A stretch of 64,000 nucleotides of DNA from Candidatus Hadarchaeota archaeon (GTDB taxonomy: Archaea; Hadarchaeota; Hadarchaeia; Hadarchaeales; JAGGTB01), in contig CAZKND010000001.1 of the NCBI GenBank assembly GCA_964554215.1, positions 9,158 to 73,157 on the forward strand, given 5' to 3'. The first letter of the stretch is position 1. Each line of letters opens with the position of its first letter. Made by a program: the position numbers and the translations under genes. Positions 31,783 through 40,863 of this stretch are shown one piece after another. The notes under the pieces were generated by a model that was not told the origin of the DNA, made no database searches, and worked only from the letters and a program-made list of their open reading frames with translations.

Positions 31783-32562
31783 ATGCCAATACAAGATTTC
31801 GGCGCGGTATGCGACATAAGTACGCTGACAGATAAGAACTCATTAGAAAAAGCACATCGTTACTTCAAAAACTCCGGTCTATACCTCCCTTCCCCCACAT
31901 ATTCCTGGCTTTCCAGATCTAAGCTTATAGAAGTCCGAAACCAACCAGTGAAATACAGCCTAATCCGAAAAGAAGTACAGAAAAGGAAAATATACCCTAT
32001 CCACTTCCCGGAGATATATGACGAACTCAGCAGACAAATCCTATTTGACACAGATCATAATATTCCCCTAACCGACATAAGAAGTCTATTACTGAGCACT
32101 CATCTTCAAATTCCCACTCTCACATTTGACCCGGAAATGTTGGAACGCATTTCAAAAGAAATAGGGATGATAACAATGAAAGAGATTAAAGTGAACTCTC
32201 ACTGGAAAAAACTCAAAGAGATACTCAGACTATACAGAGAAATGCTCTTCAAAGCAGGAGCAGAATTTCACAAAAATATTGAAAAAAATCAAACTTTTCC
32301 TCAAATAACTCAAGAAATTGAAGAATCACAAAAAGAAGAGATTAAGAGAACGTTAAACGCAATAAATGGAATTCAGGAAAATCAAAAAGCTGGTAAAAAA
32401 ATAAAGTTTCACTTTCTGACCTGGGATATATTACCCAGTCTCAGAGAATACCATGCTCAAAAAATACTACCATCTCAGATGATAGAAAGAATATGTGAAA
32501 GAACAACTCTTCTTATAGCTACCCCTGAAAATTTCGAAAAAACGAAAAATATAGGTAAATAG
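31783..32562 (+). CDS. hypothetical protein (259 aa from the ATG at 31783)
   Basis: ORF with no recognisable domain. Lies in a lower-GC block. Confidence 0.4.
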   Translation: MPIQDFGAVCDISTLTDKNSLEKAHRYFKNSGLYLPSPTYSWLSRSKLIEVRNQPVKYSLIRKEVQKRKIYPIHFPEIYDELSRQILFDTDHNIPLTDIRSLLLSTHLQIPTLTFDPEMLERISKEIGMITMKEIKVNSHWKKLKEILRLYREMLFKAGAEFHKNIEKNQTFPQITQEIEESQKEEIKRTLNAINGIQENQKAGKKIKFHFLTWDILPSLREYHAQKILPSQMIERICERTTLLIATPENFEKTKNIGK

Positions 32563-32638
32563 TTCGAATACACGGAGAAAATTAATAAAATAAACGGAAA
32601 AACAAAAACTCTGAAAATGATTAAAACGGCGGATCAAA

Positions 32639-33976
32639 ATGAAAAAGAAGATTACAGCTGTACTTCTAATACTTTCATTCCTAATCCTACTACCTAGTAG
32701 CAATTTTGTAGTACAGAACTACGCCGAAAGAGATTACGTTCAATACAAAACCGAACCAGAAAATTATAATCCTCCAATCATCAAAATGTCGGAAAACTCA
32801 GGTCTATCGACAAAGATATGGTCAGAAAACAAATACACATACGAAGAAGTTGAAAACTTTCAAGATACTAGAAAAGTTGTTGACCATTATGAAGAAAAAC
32901 CAAAGTACGGAGTGTGGTCCGCAGACTCCTATACCTCAAGAATCCAAGTAGAAGCGGATCTTTCCGAAATGGACGAAGACACTCTAAGTTATCTGGAATC
33001 TACAAAAGACGAGGATTGGTGGTTAAACTATTTTGAATCAGTTTCTTACGGTAGACCTCGAAATTTTAGTTTAGAACCTAATGAAAAGCAAAAATTCGAA
33101 TATGGATTCCAAAATTTTCAAGGATTCATAAATTGGAGAGATTTTAGAATCAGAGGAAGGTTCGGAACCTACTATCATATCCCCATTCCTAGAACTTATA
33201 GATACTTAAAAGAGGAAGGAAAATACCAAGTTCCAATTTATAAAGATGAAAAATACACCCGTTGGCGTACTAAAACTTTCGAAAACATAGAATACGAAGC
33301 AGAAGGATGGAAAAAAGCGGAAATAGAAGTGGAACTTTCAGAATATACCCCTCCCAGCTATATCGAAGACAATATTTATTTGAAATCTAAAGTCAAGCCT
33401 AACGGACTAAACGTAAAACTAGATAATAATATCTTAGACTCAAAATCTTCTGTAATACACCTTAGTATTCAACCTACAAATAAAATGAAAAAAGGGAAGT
33501 ATCCCATCTTTTTAGAAGCATACACCTCTGAAAATGAGAAAATTGACACATCAAAATACAAATTAAACCTCAAAAAAGGAAGTGTCCCTGAAAACAAACA
33601 TAGAAAAATAAACGAAGAAGTATCCGATAAAAAACCGGATGAGAAAGGAGATTCTAAGGAGGGTGAACAAAAAGAATGGGTTGGAGTAGGAGGAACAGTT
33701 TACTCCAGTAAAACAGGTGACAAACTAATAGAATACTCAGATGGAGTAAAAGTCCACATCGAAAGAGATGGTTTTTCCGGAACAGCCTCATGGACCACAT
33801 CAACACAATATATTCACAAAAATCACACATATCAAGACAAAACCTGGGAAATGAAACTAAGAGCTACCGCAGATGGTTACTATAGAGAAACTGCTCAAGT
33901 AACGGATTCTACCGATGACCATGGATGGGCTAACCAGGACTTCGAATTAAAACCCAATTCTAATTTTATAAACTAA
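32639..33976 (+). CDS. hypothetical secreted protein (445 aa), rich in Tyr/Trp/Lys/Glu
   Basis: N-terminal signal peptide MKKKITAVLLILSFLILLPSS. No known domain. Lower GC by eye. Confidence 0.5.
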   Translation: MKKKITAVLLILSFLILLPSSNFVVQNYAERDYVQYKTEPENYNPPIIKMSENSGLSTKIWSENKYTYEEVENFQDTRKVVDHYEEKPKYGVWSADSYTSRIQVEADLSEMDEDTLSYLESTKDEDWWLNYFESVSYGRPRNFSLEPNEKQKFEYGFQNFQGFINWRDFRIRGRFGTYYHIPIPRTYRYLKEEGKYQVPIYKDEKYTRWRTKTFENIEYEAEGWKKAEIEVELSEYTPPSYIEDNIYLKSKVKPNGLNVKLDNNILDSKSSVIHLSIQPTNKMKKGKYPIFLEAYTSENEKIDTSKYKLNLKKGSVPENKHRKINEEVSDKKPDEKGDSKEGEQKEWVGVGGTVYSSKTGDKLIEYSDGVKVHIERDGFSGTASWTTSTQYIHKNHTYQDKTWEMKLRATADGYYRETAQVTDSTDDHGWANQDFELKPNSNFIN

Positions 33977-34005
33977 ATCTAGAAAAAGGAAAGGAATGTG
34001 AAACC

Positions 34006-34884
34006 ATGGGAGAAAACAAAAAAGGTACTAATCAGGATAATAGTTCCGCTTTCACCTACCTAATAGCTTTACTCGTAGTAATATTCATAATCGGAACTTC
34101 TTTAGCAATAACGCCTTTAGGAGATATACTATCCGAAGAATTAGCTGACAGTAAATTTGTCGAAAGTTATGATAACAAAAACTTGAGCAAAAAAGACAAC
34201 TCAAACATACAAGACGAGAACAAAAAAGTGACCTTCACGTATACTGCAAAATACAATCACCTTGGAACAGAAAACGATATATTATTAGACGGTACTGTTT
34301 TCTTCTCCTTTCCAACACCAATGATAGAGAATAATCCTGCAGTGAACCTAGGTCCATATAATCACAAAATTGAAAATAGTACCGTTCAGCTCTTGGCCAA
34401 TTATAAAGAAAACGATGAGAATATAACACAAGTTCAAATAGAAAATGGAAATTATGGAAAATTAATTGACCCACGACAAGACGCAATATTCTCCAAAAAA
34501 CCCTTCCTCTCTAATCCGGAAAATCATGGTAAAAAAATTACAGTTCAATCATCGGGGGGTGGTTTCACTGAAGCTTTTAGAAAAAAAGGACCTGGAGGAG
34601 CAATTTATGAACACGAAAGTATACTAATTGAAGTAAAATTTTCAGTTCAAAAAGAAAAAACAGACGAGGTAACCCTTGAGGATCAAAAAGGCAATATTTC
34701 ATCAAAAATTATTGGAACTACCGATGGACCCAATACAAATCATACTGTTATCCCAATCCAATACTCTGTCTCAGTAACACTTTCTCGAGAAATCGAAAAC
34801 AAACAAAAAGTCGATAAATTTAGATTCAAGGCAGAAAAACCCATACCCAAAGATAAATCTGTTGAACTGAAAAAGATTGCTTAA
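34006..34884 (+). CDS. hypothetical membrane-anchored extracellular protein (292 aa), Asn/Lys-rich
   Basis: Single N-terminal TM helix (FTYLIALLVVIFIIGTSLAI). No known domain. Immediately downstream of the secreted ORF. Confidence 0.45.
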   Translation: MGENKKGTNQDNSSAFTYLIALLVVIFIIGTSLAITPLGDILSEELADSKFVESYDNKNLSKKDNSNIQDENKKVTFTYTAKYNHLGTENDILLDGTVFFSFPTPMIENNPAVNLGPYNHKIENSTVQLLANYKENDENITQVQIENGNYGKLIDPRQDAIFSKKPFLSNPENHGKKITVQSSGGGFTEAFRKKGPGGAIYEHESILIEVKFSVQKEKTDEVTLEDQKGNISSKIIGTTDGPNTNHTVIPIQYSVSVTLSREIENKQKVDKFRFKAEKPIPKDKSVELKKIA

Positions 34885-34886
34885 TA

Positions 34887-36422
34887 TCACATGAAGGCTT
34901 TTACGTCTTGTTTGTCCTGTGCTCTATCATCTTCGTAGTCTTTGGCTATTTCCTCCAGACCAACATCGTGATTTGCTTCTTTTGATTTTCTTTCTCTTAC
35001 ATTTACAAAAACTGGATGATTCACAGCCTCACCTACAACAAGAGCCTGTCCAACAGGGAGGGAAGATATAATGCTTGAAGTGTCCTTCGTAATCTTTTCG
35101 GAAGATTTCTTTATATGGTCCAAATCGTACGGATTCGTCACTCTGAGAATTATATTCGTGTTTGCCTGGGAGAGTACGGTGGTAGACAGCCTCTTAGGTC
35201 TTTGACTTATGAGGATTAATGAGGCGTAAAATTTCCTACCCTCTCGAGCCACCTTTTTCAAAATCCCTGATGAAATCGAAGAATTCTGCGAGGGAGCAAA
35301 CTGGTGAGCTTCCTCCACCAACATAGCGAAAGGAGGAGCTTTTCCCGATTTTCTCTTGTTGAACAATTTTCTAGCAAAATATGTGAGAATCACCCTCTTC
35401 TCTCTGAGACTGAATACCCTACTCAGATCTAAAATCGCTGCTTTTCCCGGTTTCACAAGTTCTTTCCATGTCGGATAGTCATTCTTTCCAAATATTCCAA
35501 GTTTTTTGAGATCGTACAACCTGTCAAGCAATGCTTTACGGAGCTGTTTATTGGACTTACCGTTGTCCTCCACTCGAGCTATAACATCATCAAGATCATA
35601 TCTTCCCTTACCATTCCTCATCTCGGATCTCAAGTTACTTATCACTCTACTGAGCTCTCTCGCTTGACTACTGCTCATGTCAGGAGCAAACTCCTTGAAC
35701 TGATAGGCCGACATGCTTGGAACTCCAATTTTCACATTTTCACCGCCTATCAAAGACACCTGATCGGAATAATCGACTCCTTCCGACCCATTAGACTCCG
35801 CTAAGGAAGTGTATTCTCCATGGACATCGACAATAACCGAAGCAATCCTACCATCATCTCTATCCCGTTCTAACAGTTCTTCGATGAGGACGGAGGCCGT
35901 GTAGCTCTTACCGGCACCGCTCATAGCAAGAATGGCGGCATGTTTGCGCAAAAGTTTAGTTAGGTCAAATTTGGCCCTAAGATCGTGATAACGAATCTCT
36001 CCTAAATCCACACCGCCATCCTTATCAATCCCTAAAAAATCGCAAAGCGAATCTTCATCGATTTTGAAAACCTTATCTCCCGGGGAAACTGGAAAACTTA
36101 CCTGTTTCAACCCATCATCGGATTTTATCCCTGAGGACTTCGCTTCTGCAACGATATATTCCCACCTGCCAGCCGGAAAAATCGAAGTCAGAGACTCCTC
36201 CCCTTTTTCGTATTCTTTCACCGACTCAGGTCGCATAAAATAACGGTTGGTCTTCTTAACGTTCTGAACCTGGGCAATCACCTTACCCTCTTTCGATTCC
36301 AACTCTACAAATTGACTCCTACGAACTGGAATCCCCCCATTCTTGTTTGTAACTACGAAAGAGAAATCTCCTGAAGATGGTCCGTCAGGAGTGCAAATTA
36401 CTGTGCCTAACTCTTCTGTCAT
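34887..36422 (-). CDS. herA: HerA DNA helicase/translocase (FtsK-HerA superfamily ATPase)
   Basis: N-terminal HAS-barrel. Walker A AILAMSGAGKS. Walker B MLVEEAHQFAP. The gene is translationally coupled to upstream nurA. Confidence 0.8.
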   Translation of the reverse strand: MTEELGTVICTPDGPSSGDFSFVVTNKNGGIPVRRSQFVELESKEGKVIAQVQNVKKTNRYFMRPESVKEYEKGEESLTSIFPAGRWEYIVAEAKSSGIKSDDGLKQVSFPVSPGDKVFKIDEDSLCDFLGIDKDGGVDLGEIRYHDLRAKFDLTKLLRKHAAILAMSGAGKSYTASVLIEELLERDRDDGRIASVIVDVHGEYTSLAESNGSEGVDYSDQVSLIGGENVKIGVPSMSAYQFKEFAPDMSSSQARELSRVISNLRSEMRNGKGRYDLDDVIARVEDNGKSNKQLRKALLDRLYDLKKLGIFGKNDYPTWKELVKPGKAAILDLSRVFSLREKRVILTYFARKLFNKRKSGKAPPFAMLVEEAHQFAPSQNSSISSGILKKVAREGRKFYASLILISQRPKRLSTTVLSQANTNIILRVTNPYDLDHIKKSSEKITKDTSSIISSLPVGQALVVGEAVNHPVFVNVRERKSKEANHDVGLEEIAKDYEDDRAQDKQDVKAFM

Positions 36423-37606
36423 TTGAACGGCCTCCTCTCTCTTCTGAGGTCCATCATAGTTGACGGTTCTAACTGGTCAGCGATATTGTCCCTCAGGATT
36501 GTGATTTCTTCCTGGGAGAGCGATGCTCTGGCATCGGCTTCTATAAGTACTGATGGGAGGGCACAAGCATCGTGAGAAGCCGATAGGGAATTGATAAGCG
36601 ATGCAGTTTTTTCAATTGTTTTCTTCGGGCGTTTAGGATTTGTCAAAAATTCCACTCTAGTAGGTCTATCATATTCAACTGGTTTCATATAGAAAGCTCG
36701 AACCCTCTTGCTCCAGGGACGAAGCTCTGATAATAGACTTGAGGGTGTTTTGGAATATTTGAATGTGAAGCTTCTCTCCCCCGCTCCAAGAAGGTAATCT
36801 AGAAATGCTGTATCTCTGGATTTCATAACTATGTTTTTATTATCGTTGAACCGTGCACGATTTTTCTCAGACATATCAGCGTTTTCCAAAATTTCAGGAA
36901 ATATCTTCTCTTCGAAAATACTTGTTAATCTTGTACTCCTGCTGTCCTCCACAGCCCCTATCAACAGAACATCATTTCTCGTAGCGGTTTTGTATATTTT
37001 GCTATAAGTTTCAATTACTTCTTCGTAAAGTTCTTCCGTCCTTTCCTCTGAGGACTTATGGATATATTGTGGAACTATCGACCCATCTAAAACCATTACA
37101 TCAAGATCAACCCCTTTCAAAACTTCGTAAGCTCTTTGAAGCTCTGTAAGCTGCCTTTTCAGTCCTGTCAACAAGTCCAGCTCCTTAGCGTCCAGAGGTT
37201 CGTGAACATTAACCAGTTGAGGAGCGGGTACTTCGCTAGGATGATAATCCACATTCTTTAAATCACCCTCCTTATATTGAAACATCGAAACAACTGCTCT
37301 GACGAGAATAAGATCTAAACCATGTAGTGGTTTCGTAAGAACACCGCCGTCTACTCCAGCGACCTTCAAATCTTCCAAGGATTTTTCTTCTACAGGATAG
37401 ACAAGTTTTGGTTCTACAGGGCAATCGTTTTCCCCGTGAGGGATTTCTACATCGGTCTTTACATCCCTAATCAAGTCTGATAGAACCTTTCTCTTCTCAC
37501 CTTGTGTCTTTATTTTATCGGCTATCGTACCAATTTTATTTTCCAAATTCTTATGATTCGATAAGTTAATGGAATCATCTACCGGTATCATCGGATCAGG
37601 CACCAT
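36419..37606 (-). CDS. nurA: NurA 5'-3' nuclease
   Basis: VAGVDGG and VMVLDGS motifs. Overlaps the herA start by 4 nt. Confidence 0.75.
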   Translation of the reverse strand: MVPDPMIPVDDSINLSNHKNLENKIGTIADKIKTQGEKRKVLSDLIRDVKTDVEIPHGENDCPVEPKLVYPVEEKSLEDLKVAGVDGGVLTKPLHGLDLILVRAVVSMFQYKEGDLKNVDYHPSEVPAPQLVNVHEPLDAKELDLLTGLKRQLTELQRAYEVLKGVDLDVMVLDGSIVPQYIHKSSEERTEELYEEVIETYSKIYKTATRNDVLLIGAVEDSRSTRLTSIFEEKIFPEILENADMSEKNRARFNDNKNIVMKSRDTAFLDYLLGAGERSFTFKYSKTPSSLLSELRPWSKRVRAFYMKPVEYDRPTRVEFLTNPKRPKKTIEKTASLINSLSASHDACALPSVLIEADARASLSQEEITILRDNIADQLEPSTMMDLRRERRPFK

Positions 37607-37719
37607 TTCGTAAAGAGGGCTCAGTCTTTTTAAGGAGGAAGTAGAGGGGTAGGTGAAAGTAAAACTGGTTAAGACGACTTCACAAAAAGCGTAAAATAGT
37701 TACAAAACAAATTGGAAAC

Positions 37720-38253
37720 GTGAACAAAATGTTTAGAGCATATAGATGTGAAATTTGTGGAGAAACCTATCTAGGTAAAGGAAAACCTGAAAACTGTCCA
37801 TATTGCGGAGCACAAGAAGAATACCTGAAGAAGATAGAAAATTACGAAAGACTGATGCCGGAAAAAATAACGGAAAAATCTCGAGAAAACATCAAAGAGG
37901 CAATAAAGCTCGAAATAGACAACGCTAAATTCTACAATTGCGCCTACGAAAAAACGGAGAACGAGGATGACGCTGCAATATTCAAAAGGTTGAGAAAGAT
38001 AGAAGCAGAACACGCAGAACTTTTAGCAGAGATAATAGACGTTCCAGAAAAAGAAATACCTGACTACGAAGAATGTTCAGAAGATGCAGAAGAAAACTAC
38101 AAGGATGCTCACGATAGAGAAGACCGAGCGATAAAGTCCTATTCGAAATTCGCCAAAGAAGCAGAAAATCCAAAGGTCAAAGAAGTATTCGAAGCTATTG
38201 TCGAAATAGAATCAGACCATCTGGATCTTTCAGAAGAAAAAATCTCGGATTGA
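37720..38253 (+). CDS. reverse rubrerythrin-like protein (N-terminal rubredoxin-type zinc ribbon plus ferritin-like diiron domain)
   Basis: CEICG ... CPYCG zinc ribbon at the N-terminus. Two E..H pairs (IEAEHAEL; EIESDHLD) and further glutamates in a four-helix-bundle-like C-terminal part. Confidence 0.6.
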   Translation: MNKMFRAYRCEICGETYLGKGKPENCPYCGAQEEYLKKIENYERLMPEKITEKSRENIKEAIKLEIDNAKFYNCAYEKTENEDDAAIFKRLRKIEAEHAELLAEIIDVPEKEIPDYEECSEDAEENYKDAHDREDRAIKSYSKFAKEAENPKVKEVFEAIVEIESDHLDLSEEKISD

Positions 38254-38338
38254 GTTCTGAATAGAGAGCACTTTTCAAAAGAGCCTTCGGACCAAACAGA
38301 ATATACACTCAACAGATAATATCTAAGAGGAGATTAAA

Positions 38339-38752
38339 TTGGATATGGAATATGAAGGAATAGGAATTAGAGCTCTATCTATAATCTTGGATTCCATAAT
38401 TCTATCAATATTCTTCTTTCCATTAGGATACACCCACACCGGGTACTTCCCATATGAAGTGTATGGAAGAGGCGCATTTCTAATATTCAATAGTACTGCT
38501 ATAATCTCTCTAGCTTACTTCATCATCCTAGAAGGTTTAATGGGTCAAACAATAGGTAAACTCATAACCGGAATAAAAGTAGTGAAAACAAACGGTGACC
38601 CTTGCGATTTCGAAGCATCCTTCGTCAGGAATATACTTAGGATTGTAGATATAATCTTTGCCTACATAGTTGGCGCAGTATTAATAGCTCGTTCTGACAA
38701 AAATCAGAGATTCGGAGATAGAGTAGCGGATACAGTGGTGATAAACGCTTAA
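38339..38752 (+). CDS. RDD family membrane protein
   Basis: GIRALSIILDSII ... GQTIGKLITGIKVV ... RFGDRVADTVV with three TM segments. Confidence 0.75.
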   Translation: MDMEYEGIGIRALSIILDSIILSIFFFPLGYTHTGYFPYEVYGRGAFLIFNSTAIISLAYFIILEGLMGQTIGKLITGIKVVKTNGDPCDFEASFVRNILRIVDIIFAYIVGAVLIARSDKNQRFGDRVADTVVINA

Positions 38753-38818
38753 ATTTACTCATTCCATTTATAAAAAAATATAAAAGCGTCTGTTAGTAAA
38801 ATAAAGTGGACGAATTCT

Positions 38819-39577
38819 ATGTTTGATGACGATAAATTCAGAAATCTGAGAATATTTAATCTTTCGATGGGATTTTTCCATCTGATTCAGTCCATGTTAA
38901 TGATATTTCTTAGCACAGACTTCGCGATATCAGTGACGAGTACCTACATGCAGGGACCACCAGGTACTGTAGAAGTAGCAAGAGAGGTTCTATTCGATAT
39001 AAAATTAGGACCTGCAATCGCATTGTTCCTATTGCTCTCAGCGGTGGCCCATTTCTATCTCTCATCTGTAGGTTTTGATTGGTACAAAGAAAATCTAAAA
39101 AATCATATAAATAAGGCTCGATGGATAGAGTATTTCTTCAGCAGTTCTCTCATGATCGTTATCATAGCTATGCTGGTTGGAATCACCGATTTAGCAGCTT
39201 TGGTAGCCTTGTTTGTTGTAAACGGATCCATGATCTTGTTCGGTTGGCTAATGGAATCATATAATCAAAACACTGAAGATGTTGCTTGGTCACCTTTCGT
39301 ATTCGGATGCATCGCCGGGATTGCTCCCTGGATTGCAATAGCCATCCGGCTAGCAACAGCTTTCTCCTTCACTTCCGTTCCTATTCCAAGTTTCGTTATC
39401 TGGATATTTGTATCGATAGCTATCTTTTTCAATATCTTTGCAGTTAACCAAGCCTTACAATACAAAGAAGTAGGGCCGTGGGAGAACTATCTTTTCGGAG
39501 AAAAGGTCTACATAGCCCTCAGCCTCATCGCGAAATCATTGCTAGCTTGGCAGGTCTTTGCAGGCACACTGGTCTAA
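38819..39577 (+). CDS. heliorhodopsin (7-TM retinal protein, inverted topology)
   Basis: FNLSMGFFHLIQ ... TYMQGPPGT ... WIEYFFSSS ... NGSMILFGWLMESYNQ ... FGCIAGIAPWIAIAI ... QALQYKEVGPWENYLFGEKVYIALSLIAKSLLAWQVFAGTL align block-for-block with heliorhodopsin 48C12 as I recall it. The Schiff-base lysine is in SLIAKS (codon 39533-39535) and the counterion Glu is in WIEYF. Confidence 0.85.
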   Translation: MFDDDKFRNLRIFNLSMGFFHLIQSMLMIFLSTDFAISVTSTYMQGPPGTVEVAREVLFDIKLGPAIALFLLLSAVAHFYLSSVGFDWYKENLKNHINKARWIEYFFSSSLMIVIIAMLVGITDLAALVALFVVNGSMILFGWLMESYNQNTEDVAWSPFVFGCIAGIAPWIAIAIRLATAFSFTSVPIPSFVIWIFVSIAIFFNIFAVNQALQYKEVGPWENYLFGEKVYIALSLIAKSLLAWQVFAGTLV

Positions 39578-39608
39578 ATCATATCTGAAAACGGACGCCG
39601 ATCAAATC

Positions 39609-40331
39609 TTAACTTTCATCTTTTCTAACTTCATCTTTGCAGTCTTCATCATCTAAAAACTCGTCTACTTCAAACTCTACGTCTTCCTTTTCCCTTATTT
39701 TGCCTTTAGCCTCTCTTTCAGGGGCCTTTGCAAAGAAGTATATAGTGGAACCGAGAATCAATCCCATTACAAAAGTGAATACCCCTACACCACCCCATAC
39801 TCCCAAACTGCCTCCTACATTGCTAAAGAATTCAGTTACAGTAGTAGCTCTACTAGGATGGATAAGTATTTTCCCTATCCATGCTAGCGTGAAAATGAAG
39901 ATTATCCATATATACATCCTCTTCAGTCTTCTCTTTACTGCTTCTGGCCAAGTTACTTTAAACTCTGGTTCTCGAAAGTCTCGTGAAATTAAATCTTGCC
40001 ATCCCTCATCCACCTCTACATTCGAATCAAAAAATCTTGACAGGAACATTTCCTCTAAGGCTCTAACTCTTCCTCGCCAAGCATCGTAATATCTATATCT
40101 TCTAGCCTCAGCGAAAAGTAGAACATATGTCAAAAACAAACCTGGTAACATCGTCCAATGCGGAGCGGTCTTGGTACCAAGAGCAAAGGTCAAAACACCT
40201 ACTGTCATGACGATAGCCCAATTCGTAGTCCTATCCATACGGGTTCTCCAAGTATTAATACGTTGAAGCTCTCCACGGTAAACGTGCATAATGACGTTCG
40301 TGTCTCCACGACTTATCTCATCCCAATCCAT
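39609..40331 (-). CDS. conserved membrane protein (possibly DUF2270-like)
   Basis: Four predicted TM helices, a YRGELQRINTWRTRMDRTTNW N-terminal motif and an acidic C-terminal tail. The family assignment is tentative. Confidence 0.45.
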   Translation of the reverse strand: MDWDEISRGDTNVIMHVYRGELQRINTWRTRMDRTTNWAIVMTVGVLTFALGTKTAPHWTMLPGLFLTYVLLFAEARRYRYYDAWRGRVRALEEMFLSRFFDSNVEVDEGWQDLISRDFREPEFKVTWPEAVKRRLKRMYIWIIFIFTLAWIGKILIHPSRATTVTEFFSNVGGSLGVWGGVGVFTFVMGLILGSTIYFFAKAPEREAKGKIREKEDVEFEVDEFLDDEDCKDEVRKDES

Positions 40332-40455
40332 AATCTCCCCTAAGTCCTTTTTAAACTATACTTATACGCTCTCAAAAAAGTAATGGAACAATTAAACCCT
40401 CTCAAATATCGATTAAATAACAAAAACGAAGAAAAATCCCATTCTCCAATAAAAA

Positions 40456-40863
40456 CTAATAAGTGGTATACTCTTCTTTGATTTCTCTTCTTTCAATCGA
40501 CTTATTCTCTTTTTTTAGTTTCTTTATAACTTCTTCAGGGTGCTCCATTCCAATTTCCGCTAGAATCTTCTTCAACTCACTAATCTTAATATTTTCCAGT
40601 TCAGGGTGGTTCTCGGAGATTCCTACAATTTCGTTGAAGAAATCCTTAGCTTCAGCTTCCATCTCTTTCGAAGAGACCTCAGAAGTATCCAACGGTTCCT
40701 CCGACGTATCCTCTTCCCTCTTCAAAAACCTCTCTCCAAGTCTACTCACATCCTCCCCCTCTTCTTTCTTCTTTTCAAAACGCTCGCCTAACCTTTGGGC
40801 AAGTACTTCGGACTCCTCACTCTCACTTTTCTCATTTTCTTCACTCATCATTATCCCCCTCAC
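40456..40863 (-). CDS. acidic coiled-coil protein encoded directly downstream of parA (candidate ParA partner/adaptor)
   Basis: 135 aa. Overlaps the parA 3' end by 23 nt on the same strand. Duplicated RLGERF motif and no obvious HTH. Confidence 0.4.
   Translation of the reverse strand: MRGIMMSEENEKSESEESEVLAQRLGERFEKKKEEGEDVSRLGERFLKREEDTSEEPLDTSEVSSKEMEAEAKDFFNEIVGISENHPELENIKISELKKILAEIGMEHPEEVIKKLKKENKSIERREIKEEYTTY

Noticed and set aside
34006-34884. Archaeal type IV pilin (class III signal peptide) for the 292-aa membrane-anchored protein
   Set aside because: The hydrophobic segment begins about 15 residues after the KKG site rather than immediately after a [KR]G/A cleavage motif. No prepilin peptidase or pilus ATPase gene is adjacent.
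39609-40331. Calling the heliorhodopsin neighbour a transducer or partner protein
   Set aside because: It is convergent and not co-transcribed. It has no HAMP, MCP, kinase or other signalling domains that I can see. No evidence supports it beyond adjacency.
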